IMG/VR virus record: IMGVR_UViG_3300033150_001207
Span: 1-64,000 of that record
Direction: 5' to 3' (one strand)
DNA length: 64,000 bases
Source: a virus
The notes beneath the pieces are model-generated. The model made no database searches, was not told where the DNA came from, and saw only the letters and a list, made by a program, of their open reading frames with translations. Position numbers and translations under genes: made by a program. Positions 28,618-38,700 of this stretch are shown one piece after another; the first letter of the stretch is position 1; the number at the start of each line of letters is the position of its first letter.

Positions 28618-28983
28618 ATGTTACTAACAGCGAAAGAGCGTATTATTCTGTTATCTATTTTACCGAACGAAAACACCAACTATATCACACTCAAAGTTGT
28701 GCATGATTTAAAAATGAATGCAGCTCTCAGTGATGAGGAATTTGATAAAGTAGAGACTAATGAACAGAGTACAAGAATTGAAGGTTTGAATAAAATTCCA
28801 GATAAGGAAATCAAGATAGGAAATAAAGCGAAAGAAATAGTTCTTAACAGTCTTGTCAAATTAGATAAAGCGAATAAACTGACATTTGATCATTTCACGT
28901 TATGTGAAAAATTTAATCTGGGTAAAAAATTAGAAGAATTAAAAAGAAAGGAAAATGAAGATCGAAATAACAGTAAGAAATAA
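28618..28983 (+). CDS. Hypothetical phage protein
   Basis: AAGGAG leader; ERIILLSILP motif. Confidence 0.7.
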   Translation: MLLTAKERIILLSILPNENTNYITLKVVHDLKMNAALSDEEFDKVETNEQSTRIEGLNKIPDKEIKIGNKAKEIVLNSLVKLDKANKLTFDHFTLCEKFNLGKKLEELKRKENEDRNNSKK

Positions 28984-29076
28984 CAATGTAACTTTTAACC
29001 CAAACGGATACTTAATAGTAAAGCCCGTGTAATTGTTTACATGGATACTATGCTATTAAACCCAAAGGAGTGAAAA

Positions 29077-30282
29077 ATGAAAGATCCACGGGAAGAACAG
29101 GCAGAAGAAGCGGTAAAAAGAGGGGAAGAAATTCAAGCTAAACTTTATAATGTTAGCAAAGAGGAAACTGTCCCTGTAGAAGCTTCTAAATCTCAGGAAA
29201 TTAAACCTGATGAGAAAAAGCCAGAAAAGCAAGCCGAGAAGTCTGGCAAAAAGAGTAAAGAGGGCATTGAGCCTACTCAGGAATCCAAATCTGGTAGTAA
29301 AAAACCAGAGGAAGAAACCTGGAAAAGCAAGTTTGATACTTTGCAGGGTAAATATAATGCCGAGATTGCTAAACTCAAAGCCAGAGTAGAGGAAGCTGAA
29401 AAGAGAGCAAGTGAGTGGAGAGATACTGTTGCTGAGATAGGGAAGTATAAAGCTACCGAAGCAAAGCAACGGGAAAAACCAGAAAAAGTTCCAGAAATTA
29501 AAGCACCAAAGATTGATTCTGTTGTTGCGCAACCGCAAAAGCACGTTACTGATGAGGACCTAGAAGATTACGGTCCTGAGCAGTATAATTATGTCAAGCG
29601 TGTTGCTCAAGAGGTTGTCGATAACGCATTGTTCAATTTCAATAAGGCTATTGGCGATGTTATTGAGAAACGGTTCAATCAAATCGAGGGAAGAATTGCT
29701 CCTGTCGCTGATGATTTAAAAACCGTTAAAGCGACACAGGTAAAATCAAGGGAAGATAAATTCTGGGAGGATATAGATAGATTGTGTCCTGATTTACAGC
29801 AATATAACTATGATCCTGCTTTTAACGATTGGCTTGACCAACCGTCTGTTGAGGCTGGTTTTAAACGTAGAGAGTTGCTCAATGATGCTTTCTACAATCT
29901 TGACGCTAACCGTGTTGCTCGACTTTTCAATGCATTTTTAAATAGTTCGCAAGTAAATAAACAGGTTACTACTCAGCCTGAAAGTGTTGCGGTGAGCGAA
30001 CCTGTTACAGAGCAATCGGTAGCAGTTCCATCTGAGCCAGAGACACCAGTTGCTGGCAAACAAGTACCTACTGTAGACATTGAGGACTTGATTTCCCCGG
30101 GTGTGTCAAAAGCTGGGCAGTCAGCAATAGCTGTGGCAGAAAGCGATACCCCGCCTTTTAGTATAAAAACGTGGGAAAAAGCTAAGTCAGATTGGAATAA
30201 TAAGAGAATATCTCTCGAAGACTACGAAAAGATTCATGCCGAGTTCGACGCCGCATTAAGGGAAGGAAGGGTAGTACCATAA
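29077..30282 (+). CDS. Capsid scaffolding protein
   Basis: Charged coiled coil; WKSKFDTLQGKYNAE; C-terminal ALREGRV; directly upstream of the capsid gene. Confidence 0.8.
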   Translation: MKDPREEQAEEAVKRGEEIQAKLYNVSKEETVPVEASKSQEIKPDEKKPEKQAEKSGKKSKEGIEPTQESKSGSKKPEEETWKSKFDTLQGKYNAEIAKLKARVEEAEKRASEWRDTVAEIGKYKATEAKQREKPEKVPEIKAPKIDSVVAQPQKHVTDEDLEDYGPEQYNYVKRVAQEVVDNALFNFNKAIGDVIEKRFNQIEGRIAPVADDLKTVKATQVKSREDKFWEDIDRLCPDLQQYNYDPAFNDWLDQPSVEAGFKRRELLNDAFYNLDANRVARLFNAFLNSSQVNKQVTTQPESVAVSEPVTEQSVAVPSEPETPVAGKQVPTVDIEDLISPGVSKAGQSAIAVAESDTPPFSIKTWEKAKSDWNNKRISLEDYEKIHAEFDAALREGRVVP

Positions 30283-30301
30283 GTTTGAAAGAGGTTTAAT
30301 A

Positions 30302-30937
30302 ATGGCTGTTTACAACCGAGCTCAGGGTATGCCAAATTATTCCGCAGATAGCGGTGGAAACTTTATTCCTGAACTGTGGGCGCCCCGTATGCAAATCAGG
30401 TTTTATAAAGCCAATGTATTCAGAGCTATTTCCAATAATAGTTATGAAGGAGAGATTAAGCAATTTGGCGACACGGTTCATATAAACACATATCCTGACA
30501 TCGACATTTTCGATTATGTTAAAGGTCAAAAACTTCCTATTCAAACACCAAGCTCCACTCCTTCAAGTCTTACTATCGATAAGGGTAAGGCTTTCAACTT
30601 TTTAGTTGATGATGTGGACAAGGTACAGTCAAGACCCGATCTCACAAAAGAGTTCGGTGATACTGCCGGGTTACAATTGGCAGAGGAAATAGACAAGGAT
30701 GTTATTCAAGGTGTTTATTCCGATGCTGATTCCGACAATGTTGGTGCGACTGCTGGTGCAGAATCAAATTCCTATGATATGGGTGCTGCGTCTGCATACG
30801 AAAGTCTCACCAAGACCACAATTCTTGACTATATCGTTGACATGGGTTCTATTTTGGATGAACAGAACGTTCCTAATGATGGCAAGCGCTGGGTTGTTTT
30901 TACACCCTGGGCTGCTGGACTCATTAGAAAATCGGAT
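30302..30937 (+). CDS. Major capsid protein, exon 1
   Basis: FIPELWA, YEGEIKQFGDTVHI, LDEQNVP..GKRW; capsid similarity stops at IRKSD, followed by intron P1. Confidence 0.88.
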
Positions 30938-31864
30938 TCAAAAAGGGTCCCCTGCGTTAGTAATATCGCAGTGTAAATCAGGTGAATTGCTGGAATACTG
31001 AAATGTAAATCAGCAGCCAAGCCCTTAAATGGGAAGGTCCAACGACTAATTCCTGAGTCTTAAAAAGTCTAAACTTTTATGTCGGAGACTTAAAATGAAC
31101 AAATATGATAGGGGAGTATTAATTGGTATGGCTCTTGGGGATGGATATATAAAAGTTAAAAGTGATGCTGATAGAATCAAAAAAAGAAACCCTTCGGCAC
31201 AAATGTCTTTTAGTCATAGCATAAAACAAAAAGAATATGCTCAATACAAAGTAGATAGATTGAATAAAATATTTGGTGGAAATGCTACTTTGAGAACTGG
31301 GGTATATAAAAGTACAAACGGCGAAAGCTATAAAATATGTTATGCAAATAAGAGTAATCCATATTTTAAAGTGTTAAGAAGAATGCTTTATAAAAATGGT
31401 CAAAAATATATAACAAGGCATGTACTTAATATGTTAAATCCAGATGGTATTGCAATATGGTTTATGGATGATGGTAGCCGTAGGGCAAACAAGAATCTTG
31501 ATGGTAAAATATCGTCAGTAGCTTTAACAATAAGTACGTGTTGTTCACGAGAAGAAGTTGACTCTATAATTGACTATTTTAATGAAATATATGGAATAGG
31601 GTTTAAACCAGCATTACACAAAAGAACTAGTTTATGGTCTGTAAGAGCCAATACATATGACTCGAAAATGTTGGCAAATCTTATAATGCCATATATGATT
31701 GATTCTATGAAATACAAACTATCATTTGTTACAAAACTCAGGGAACACGAGCTCCTGAAGTCCAATAATCAGTTATATATTGTTGGATTATGAGATAGTC
31801 TAAACTTACGGAAATAGAAACCGTAAGAAGTTTAGGATAAAGAGCCTAAACGGTAATAAAATTG
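30938..31864 (+). mobile_element. Group I self-splicing intron in the major capsid gene (927 nt)
   Basis: Exon ends in U with a U.G pair in P1 (GGAUUC-AAAAA-GGGUCC); P AAUUGCUGGAA, Q AAUCAGCAG, R GUCCAACGACUA, S GAGAUAGUC; P3 UCAGG/CCUGA; P7 GACUA/UAGUC; terminal G; splicing restores the frame. Confidence 0.9.
31095..31793 (+). CDS. Intron-encoded double-motif LAGLIDADG homing endonuclease
   Basis: LIGMALGDG and IAIWFMDDGS motifs; lies between intron elements R and S. Confidence 0.9.
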   Translation: MNKYDRGVLIGMALGDGYIKVKSDADRIKKRNPSAQMSFSHSIKQKEYAQYKVDRLNKIFGGNATLRTGVYKSTNGESYKICYANKSNPYFKVLRRMLYKNGQKYITRHVLNMLNPDGIAIWFMDDGSRRANKNLDGKISSVALTISTCCSREEVDSIIDYFNEIYGIGFKPALHKRTSLWSVRANTYDSKMLANLIMPYMIDSMKYKLSFVTKLREHELLKSNNQLYIVGL

Positions 31865-32167
31865 CTGAAAGATGTTTCCATGACTGGTGATACTGTATCA
31901 CCGCTTCGTAATGGTAGAATCGGTATGATTAATAACATGAACATTCATGTTTCCAATAATGTACTTTCTACCACCGACGGTGGAACCACTGTCTGGTATA
32001 TGCTTTTTGGTCATCCATTAGCGATTTCATTCGCAGAACAACTTGTCCAGACCCGTGCAATTCAGGCACCCGACACATTCGGATATTACATCAGTGGTCT
32101 CCATGTTTATGGATACGACGTTGTTAAACCCGAAGCTTTAGGGTATCTGTATGCGGCGAAAGGCTAA
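31865..32167 (+). CDS. Major capsid protein, exon 2
   Basis: LKDVSMTGD…LRNGRIG…GLHVYGYDVVKPEAL; spliced product is 312 aa. Confidence 0.88.
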   Translation: MKDVSMTGDTVSPLRNGRIGMINNMNIHVSNNVLSTTDGGTTVWYMLFGHPLAISFAEQLVQTRAIQAPDTFGYYISGLHVYGYDVVKPEALGYLYAAKG

Positions 32168-32207
32168 TAATTGTTAATCTAAATCTTAGAAAGTAAGGGA
32201 TTTTGAA

Positions 32208-32687
32208 ATGTCAACAACTTATGATTATATTGATGAGACTGATAAACAGTTTCATGGTGTTGATTTTCCTGTCGCTGGGTCTGAAAGGTTCACTGTTGTG
32301 GAACGCACGTTCGATGCGGCTGAAGCATTGGACGATCTTGGTGCTTCCGCATGGGTAGCCAATGATGTTGTGAAACTTATTGATGTTCCTGCAAAAACAC
32401 TTATTCTGGGTATTTCTGTCAGGATTACATCTGCCGAGTCCACTGACAATGCTACTCTCGATATCGGAGACGGGGATGACCCGAACGGATGGGAAGATGG
32501 TATTGACGCAACCACAACCACGCATATTTTCACTAAAACATATGCCAATGGTGGAAGTGTGACCGATAAAGATAACGGTTACTATGCTTCTGCGGATACA
32601 ATTGACGCTGTGTTAGGTGATGTTGTGTGGACTGATGGTGTGTTCAATATTAAAGTAGTTATGGTTAATATGGCTGACGTCAATTAA
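32208..32687 (+). CDS. Capsid decoration/cement protein
   Basis: Follows the capsid gene; beta-rich; LDIGDGDDPNGW…YYASADTID. Confidence 0.7.
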   Translation: MSTTYDYIDETDKQFHGVDFPVAGSERFTVVERTFDAAEALDDLGASAWVANDVVKLIDVPAKTLILGISVRITSAESTDNATLDIGDGDDPNGWEDGIDATTTTHIFTKTYANGGSVTDKDNGYYASADTIDAVLGDVVWTDGVFNIKVVMVNMADVN

Positions 32688-32697
32688 TCAGACATAA

Positions 32698-32725
32698 TGT
32701 GGGGGTCTGAAATATGACCCCCATA
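32698..32725 (+). terminator. Stem-loop after the capsid genes
   Basis: TGTGGGGGTC/GACCCCCATA stem; no U tract, so it may be a stabilising hairpin. Confidence 0.5.
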
Positions 32726-32835
32726 CGAAATATAACATAGCAGGTACAGTTGTACTCATACCAAGCACAAAGTAGATATTAATAAGTATGAGTAATCTTG
32801 CCTAGTAATTCAGAGCATAGGAGAGGAGAACTATA

Positions 32836-33327
32836 ATGACTCGTTACATGAAACGGAAAGATTCGCCGCATGTAATCATATTCGACAAAAATCTTGTTAA
32901 CGATAACAGGTTTGAAATCTTGCCTGAGGATTTTGATATAAAACGTTATCAAGAAGAAATGGTTAAAACAAAAGGTAAACCAATACATACTATTGAATAT
33001 TTTTCTCAGAGTGAGATTGGTAAACTTGTAGATAAAGAGCTTGGTTTTGAAAAAGAGCAATCGCCCGTTTCTGCAATACCAATATCACGGAATTCCAATG
33101 ATATGGATATCGGTATTGCCAGTTCCGATACTGCCGAACCAGAAGCTGTTTCCGAAACCGAGGAAGAATCCGAACAAGAATCGGTAGTTCATATGAAATT
33201 AGAGGAATTAAGGGCGCACATTGCCAACGCATACGGCGTTTCTGTTCCTCACAAAAAAACAAGAGACGAATTGCTCAGAATGGAAAGGGCATTGCGTCTG
33301 GGTTATGAGTATAAAGAAAAAGAGTGA
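32836..33327 (+). CDS. Hypothetical protein with C-terminal HeH/Rho-N-like helix pair
   Basis: MKLEELRAHIANAYGVSVPHKKTRDELL; GAGGAG leader. Confidence 0.6.
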   Translation: MTRYMKRKDSPHVIIFDKNLVNDNRFEILPEDFDIKRYQEEMVKTKGKPIHTIEYFSQSEIGKLVDKELGFEKEQSPVSAIPISRNSNDMDIGIASSDTAEPEAVSETEEESEQESVVHMKLEELRAHIANAYGVSVPHKKTRDELLRMERALRLGYEYKEKE

Positions 33328-33338
33328 GAATATAGATA

Positions 33339-34322
33339 ATGACATATGATGATGTACTTAATAGAGTACGACGCAGAGTACGCGACTTTAAACATTTTAC
33401 ATGGGCAGAGGACGAAGTACGAGACTATATAAATGACGGATATAGAGAATTTGCCATGCTGACTCACTGTCTCAAAAAACATGGACAGATTATAATCTCT
33501 ACCGATACTTCACTTTACGATGTTCCTTCCGATAATCTCATGATTTACCGTGCAGAGTGGGATGGTAAAGTATGTCCGATTCGCACTACGGAAGAAATGG
33601 ACAAGATTTACGGTGGGCATGACTGGAGGAATACCGAAGGTGAGAATATAATGTATGTTATTCAGGATGGCGAGGGTTATCCGCAAATAAGGATATATCC
33701 TATCATAACCGACTCTGACGATATTGGGCATTTGGTTACTGGTACAGATGGTAATACTTATAGATGTATTGTTGATCATACTGCTGATAGTGATAATAAA
33801 CCTATTACTGGTAGCGATTATGCAGATTACTGGGAAGCATATACTGGTAGTGGAACCGCTGATACATGGGTGAGTGGTACTGAGTATTACAAATATTTGG
33901 AATTGGAATTAGATTACGTATATGTACCCACAGAACTACCTGTAGTTGTAAATGGAACTGACAGTAAAAGATATAAATGTATTCTTGACCATACTTCCTC
34001 AGCCGATGACAAACCTGTTACTGGTGATAATTATACTACATACTGGAGCGAATATATAGGTGATAAAAGCGGTGGTACGTGGATTACTAATACAGCATAT
34101 GCAGGATATACGTATGATATTCCCGCAATGTATCATATAGCTCTCGTCGAATACGCAATATCACAATGCCAAAACGCCGAAGTGCAATCACAAAAGAAAG
34201 GCTATTCGAGTAGTGCGCATTATGAAAGGTATATGAGAATGGTAAGAGCATGTAAACTAGAAACGGAAAGAGGATACGCTGTCGATAAATCGACAAAGGT
34301 TTATGCAAGAAATTTCGTGTAG
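33339..34322 (+). CDS. Head-tail adaptor/ring protein 1 with two inserted CBM-like repeats
   Basis: MTYDDVLNRVRRR…EVRDYINDG…IRIYP…YHIALVEYA; two Y-x-C…HT…KP.TG..Y..YW repeats. Confidence 0.7.
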   Translation: MTYDDVLNRVRRRVRDFKHFTWAEDEVRDYINDGYREFAMLTHCLKKHGQIIISTDTSLYDVPSDNLMIYRAEWDGKVCPIRTTEEMDKIYGGHDWRNTEGENIMYVIQDGEGYPQIRIYPIITDSDDIGHLVTGTDGNTYRCIVDHTADSDNKPITGSDYADYWEAYTGSGTADTWVSGTEYYKYLELELDYVYVPTELPVVVNGTDSKRYKCILDHTSSADDKPVTGDNYTTYWSEYIGDKSGGTWITNTAYAGYTYDIPAMYHIALVEYAISQCQNAEVQSQKKGYSSSAHYERYMRMVRACKLETERGYAVDKSTKVYARNFV

Positions 34323-34385
34323 ATAATAAGGGCTTTATATAGATTTGGCAGGTGATAATATTAATATTTTTAAGGAGATAATACT

Positions 34386-35075
34386 ATGGCATATACAGAC
34401 AAAGAGGTAGCTGACCTCACTACGGAAGTACGTCGTTTATTTAATGAGCCTGTTCCCATGTCAATCACGGATACTGACATTAATAAATGGCTGGACTTTG
34501 CGGTAAATAAAATGTCGGATGCGGGATTATTAGGTGAAGTTACGGAAGAGTTACAATTTGACGGTTCAACACCGGAACAAAAGCTCGCATATACAATTTT
34601 CCATCCGGTGGCTGTGATTTATGAAGGCGCAAGCACTTCTACTCCAGGCGCTACATCAAGTCCAGTACAAGCGCCTTTTGCATTGACAAAGACAAACTAT
34701 AGGCAAATGGCTCATAATCAAACAGACCCCGGTGCTAGTAGTACGTATCCAACGGAATGGTGGGCTGAAGGTGGGTATATACATTTCTGGCCTCCGCCTG
34801 GTACTGATTTGGCAAATCATTATATAAGAGTCTTTGGTTATACAAGATATGATACTTACGATAAAACTAAAGTTCCGTCATGGTTGCAGGAATATACAAT
34901 CTGGTATGCGCTTTCTATGGCATTTGAGAAGATTGGTAATTATGCGGCAGCGCAGCAATATATGAGTGTGTTTGATAATTTTATATCATTCCATAGACAG
35001 GAAATGATAAGCGACATTATAGATGCTAAAGACGATATGCGACAAAAAGATAGAACTCAGGTGATAGGGGGATAA
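34386..35075 (+). CDS. Head-tail adaptor/ring protein 2
   Basis: EVRRLFNEP…ITDTDINKWL…IHFWPPP…WYALSMA. Confidence 0.7.
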   Translation: MAYTDKEVADLTTEVRRLFNEPVPMSITDTDINKWLDFAVNKMSDAGLLGEVTEELQFDGSTPEQKLAYTIFHPVAVIYEGASTSTPGATSSPVQAPFALTKTNYRQMAHNQTDPGASSTYPTEWWAEGGYIHFWPPPGTDLANHYIRVFGYTRYDTYDKTKVPSWLQEYTIWYALSMAFEKIGNYAAAQQYMSVFDNFISFHRQEMISDIIDAKDDMRQKDRTQVIGG

Positions 35076-35078
35076 TAA

Positions 35079-35777
35079 ATGGCTGATTTAGCAATAGCTG
35101 ATGCAATATTAGAAGTTCGGAGAAGGATTAACGAACCTAGCGAAAAAGTAATTCTTGATACAGAAATAACTGAATGGTTACACAGAGGTGCGAGAAATGT
35201 TTCCGCTATTACTCTATGTAATACTGCAACAACTGGCTCTGATTCCACTTTTGTGCAAAATACATTCAGATATCCTATAACATCAGATTTTATAAAACTT
35301 GATACCGCTATACGTATAAAAAGTGATGGCTCTACGGAGCTGGAGGGGTTACAGCGTATTCACCCAAGACACACTGGCCATGTTGGTGGAGGAAGTACAC
35401 CTGGGACACCTAAATTTTGGTTTAACTGGCATGAAGCTGGCCAGCCAACCTATATAAATTATTTGTACACATATCCCACTGCAAGTTCTACCGCCGCTAC
35501 CGGGTCAAGCGGGGTAAGAATTCGTGGATACCTAATCGTAGATGACTATGGCGATGGCGACCAATTACCCGACTGGGCGAACAATCTTGCTATTCTTTAC
35601 GCTGTAGCGTGCGCCCATATTAAAGAAGGTAAACACGCAAAAGCGGCTGTGGAAATACAACGATATATGAATGCGGTAATGAATGCTCGCAGAATATTCT
35701 ACGAAAGTAATCAAGTACCCGATACCGCTGATATGAGAAAATTACCTGACACAAAAATATATCCCGAAAGGCAATAA
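35079..35777 (+). CDS. Head-tail adaptor/ring protein 3
   Basis: EVRRRINEP…ILDTEITEWL…LYTYPT…LYAVACA; clear paralog of the previous gene. Confidence 0.7.
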   Translation: MADLAIADAILEVRRRINEPSEKVILDTEITEWLHRGARNVSAITLCNTATTGSDSTFVQNTFRYPITSDFIKLDTAIRIKSDGSTELEGLQRIHPRHTGHVGGGSTPGTPKFWFNWHEAGQPTYINYLYTYPTASSTAATGSSGVRIRGYLIVDDYGDGDQLPDWANNLAILYAVACAHIKEGKHAKAAVEIQRYMNAVMNARRIFYESNQVPDTADMRKLPDTKIYPERQ

Positions 35778-35780
35778 CAA

Positions 35781-38700
35781 ATGGCTGAAGAAGATTTAGT
35801 TATACAGCCCGACCAGACACCAGAACTCAGAACCGATATTCCGCAGGCACCGGATACTACTGTTGTAAATGGCGATATAGTGCCAAATTTGAGGACTGAT
35901 ATTCCGCAGGCGCCGGATACCGTGGTTACGGATAGCGACACGAAACCTACTTTGAATATTGATATACCGACAGCGCCAGATACGATAGTTACGGATACCG
36001 CGATAACACCAAAGCTTGATACAGAGTTTCCGACTGCCCCCGATACAGTTGTTACAGTACCAGATTCAGTACCCCAGCTTTCTCAGGAATTTCCAGTCGC
36101 TGACGATATACCATTGGAACGTGCTGAGTTTTCGTTCGCAAGAGGTAGATGGTTACCCAAGGGTGATGCACTGACAATCGGCGAGGAAAATTTCAGTGAG
36201 CTTGAGAACTTCAGGTATACCGATTTTGGACTGGAGGGTGTTGGTGGATTTACGAGGTTAAATGGTAATTACAAAATCGCTACTAGTATAGAAAACGGTA
36301 TACAGCTCACTACCAATTACAGTGCTGCGCCTTCTTATGTAATTGTGCAGTCTGGCGAGAGCCCTAAAAATTATTATTACTATACTGATGCTATTCCCAA
36401 TGCTGTAAGTGGTGCTGCCACTGCATTGCACAGTGGGGTAGCGGGTAACTCTACTGCAAGATTTTCAAAATTGCCCAATGGGCATATTGGAATATGCGAC
36501 GGGAAGGAAAATTTAATATGGGCAGGCGAACAAATGCCTGTTGGAGCATTTTTGGTAGCAGATATCGTTGATGGTACTATAGCCTATTTTCCTCAGATGG
36601 TTGATGATGACCACATACAAGATTTTACAAATATAATCAATAATACGTTGAATGATTCAAATAATTATGTAGACTTAAACTATGTAACAACGGCATTTGG
36701 AGATGATAGTTCTACGGTTACAGTCGCTAATACTTCTGGTAATATTATGAGATATACCGATAATGAAGTTGTTGACCATCATTGTGATTTTGTTACCAAT
36801 GGATTAGCTGTTGGACATGCTATAGTAGTAAAAAAAGGCGGTCCGTTTGGTGGTACAAATGAAGGTATGTTTAAAGTTACTGCAGTTGCGGAAACTTATT
36901 TTGAGGTAGAAAATCCTGATGGTGCTCTTGAGGGACCGGTAACTCTGACTGCTGATGCAATACGAACATGGGGAAAAAGAATATTAATAGGTACTACAAG
37001 AAGAGCAAGGGGATTTACTTTTGATATAGAAACAGCTAATACAAAATCTGCAACTTTAACGGAAATATATGTTATTGCTCCAACGACAGGGGCATTTACA
37101 GGAATAACCACTGGGGCTTCGGTAATTACTGATGGTACTGAAGTTGGCGGGAAAACTATGGCTCAAAGTGGTAGTGTTACGTGGACTGATCCTGAAATAG
37201 ACGAAGTAAAAACATTCTTTAAGGGATATTATTTATACTGGTATTTATTAGGAATAAGCGATTGTAATGCCAATATTGCCAATGTTACGGCAAAATGTGA
37301 TGTTCAAAGCTTATCCGATATATGGGATGGAGTTTATAGAAAACCTATTTTATGTAAATACTATGACGATGATAATACTCCCTCGGTAAGAGATTATACA
37401 CTTGAAATCAACACAAAAACCCCGATTACACAGCAGACAAATACTGACATTGACCCATATACTGTACCGATACAGAATATGGAACCTAAAATTGACTATT
37501 TGACTGTTATGTTTGAAGAACCAATTAGGGCTTCAATTATTAATCTATACACTTATAAAACTGGTAATTCAGCAACACAAGACGGAACTGTAAATGTTAG
37601 ATACAATGTTGGTGATACGTGGTGTAATGTTAGAAGAATAATAAGGGATTCCACCGCGGTTCCCGGCTATAACCAGGGTGGATATGCTATTGGTGATTTC
37701 AGAAATCACACACAATTCCTGCCATTTTATAGAAGTGGTGTAATTCAGTGGCGGATAGACCCTACTCAAGTTGCACCAGAAAGAAGTGTAACTATAGATG
37801 GAATTACAGGTTATGCATACAAATTCGTTACAGAAACTACAAAAATAACTGGCGATGTACAAATAGACACGATAGATGGTATTCCTGATCTACCAGAAAT
37901 AGATACGTTATACATATTCCCATTCCAATACAAGAACCGAGCTATGTGGTGCGGTGCTATATCAGACAATGAGAAGAATCGTGTAGATTATAGTAAAACC
38001 AATACCGTAGATGTATATAATGGTATGGATGCAAGCGGGTTTCATCACGAACGTTCGTTGTATTTTGGCGATCACCGCGCGCTTACAGGTGCTATTGAAC
38101 TGTTTAATCAATATGGTGATACCGTGGAATCGATAGCTTTGTTCTTCAAAGATACCGAAACGTATATGCTTACTGGTTACAATCCAGAAACATTTAAGAT
38201 ACATAGAATATCAAATTCTATTGGTTGCCCAGCGCCTTTGACTATTACTTCTGCCGAGGTATCACTTAAAGTTGAAGATGCGCCCGCTCAGAATATTGCA
38301 TTATGGTTGAGTGATAAAGGACCGAAAATGTATATTAATAATACTATACGTAGTATAAAAGGCGTCGAGAATTATTTCCAGCAAAGCGAAACAGAGGCAA
38401 TAAACACATCGTATTTTAGCATATGCAGGGCATGGTTCAATTCAGACTATCAAGAATGGAACTTGCTTATACCTTCTGGTTCTGGACAAACTACCATAAA
38501 TACATGGTTAGTATACGATTTAATACGCGACAGATGGTATAAAAACACACCGACAGACGATTTTCCAGAAGGTGCATTCCCAGTTGTAGACACTAATGGG
38601 TTATCATATAATTATGGATACACTACCGATAACGGTGGTGTATTATTACGCATGGAAAATGGACTTAAATGGGGCGACACCGATGATATAGAAAACAAAG

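Noticed and set aside
30938-30976. Capsid gene as a truncated pseudogene or stop-codon recoding
   Set aside because: Group I intron motifs and in-frame exon joining explain the break; other genes read normally in code 11.
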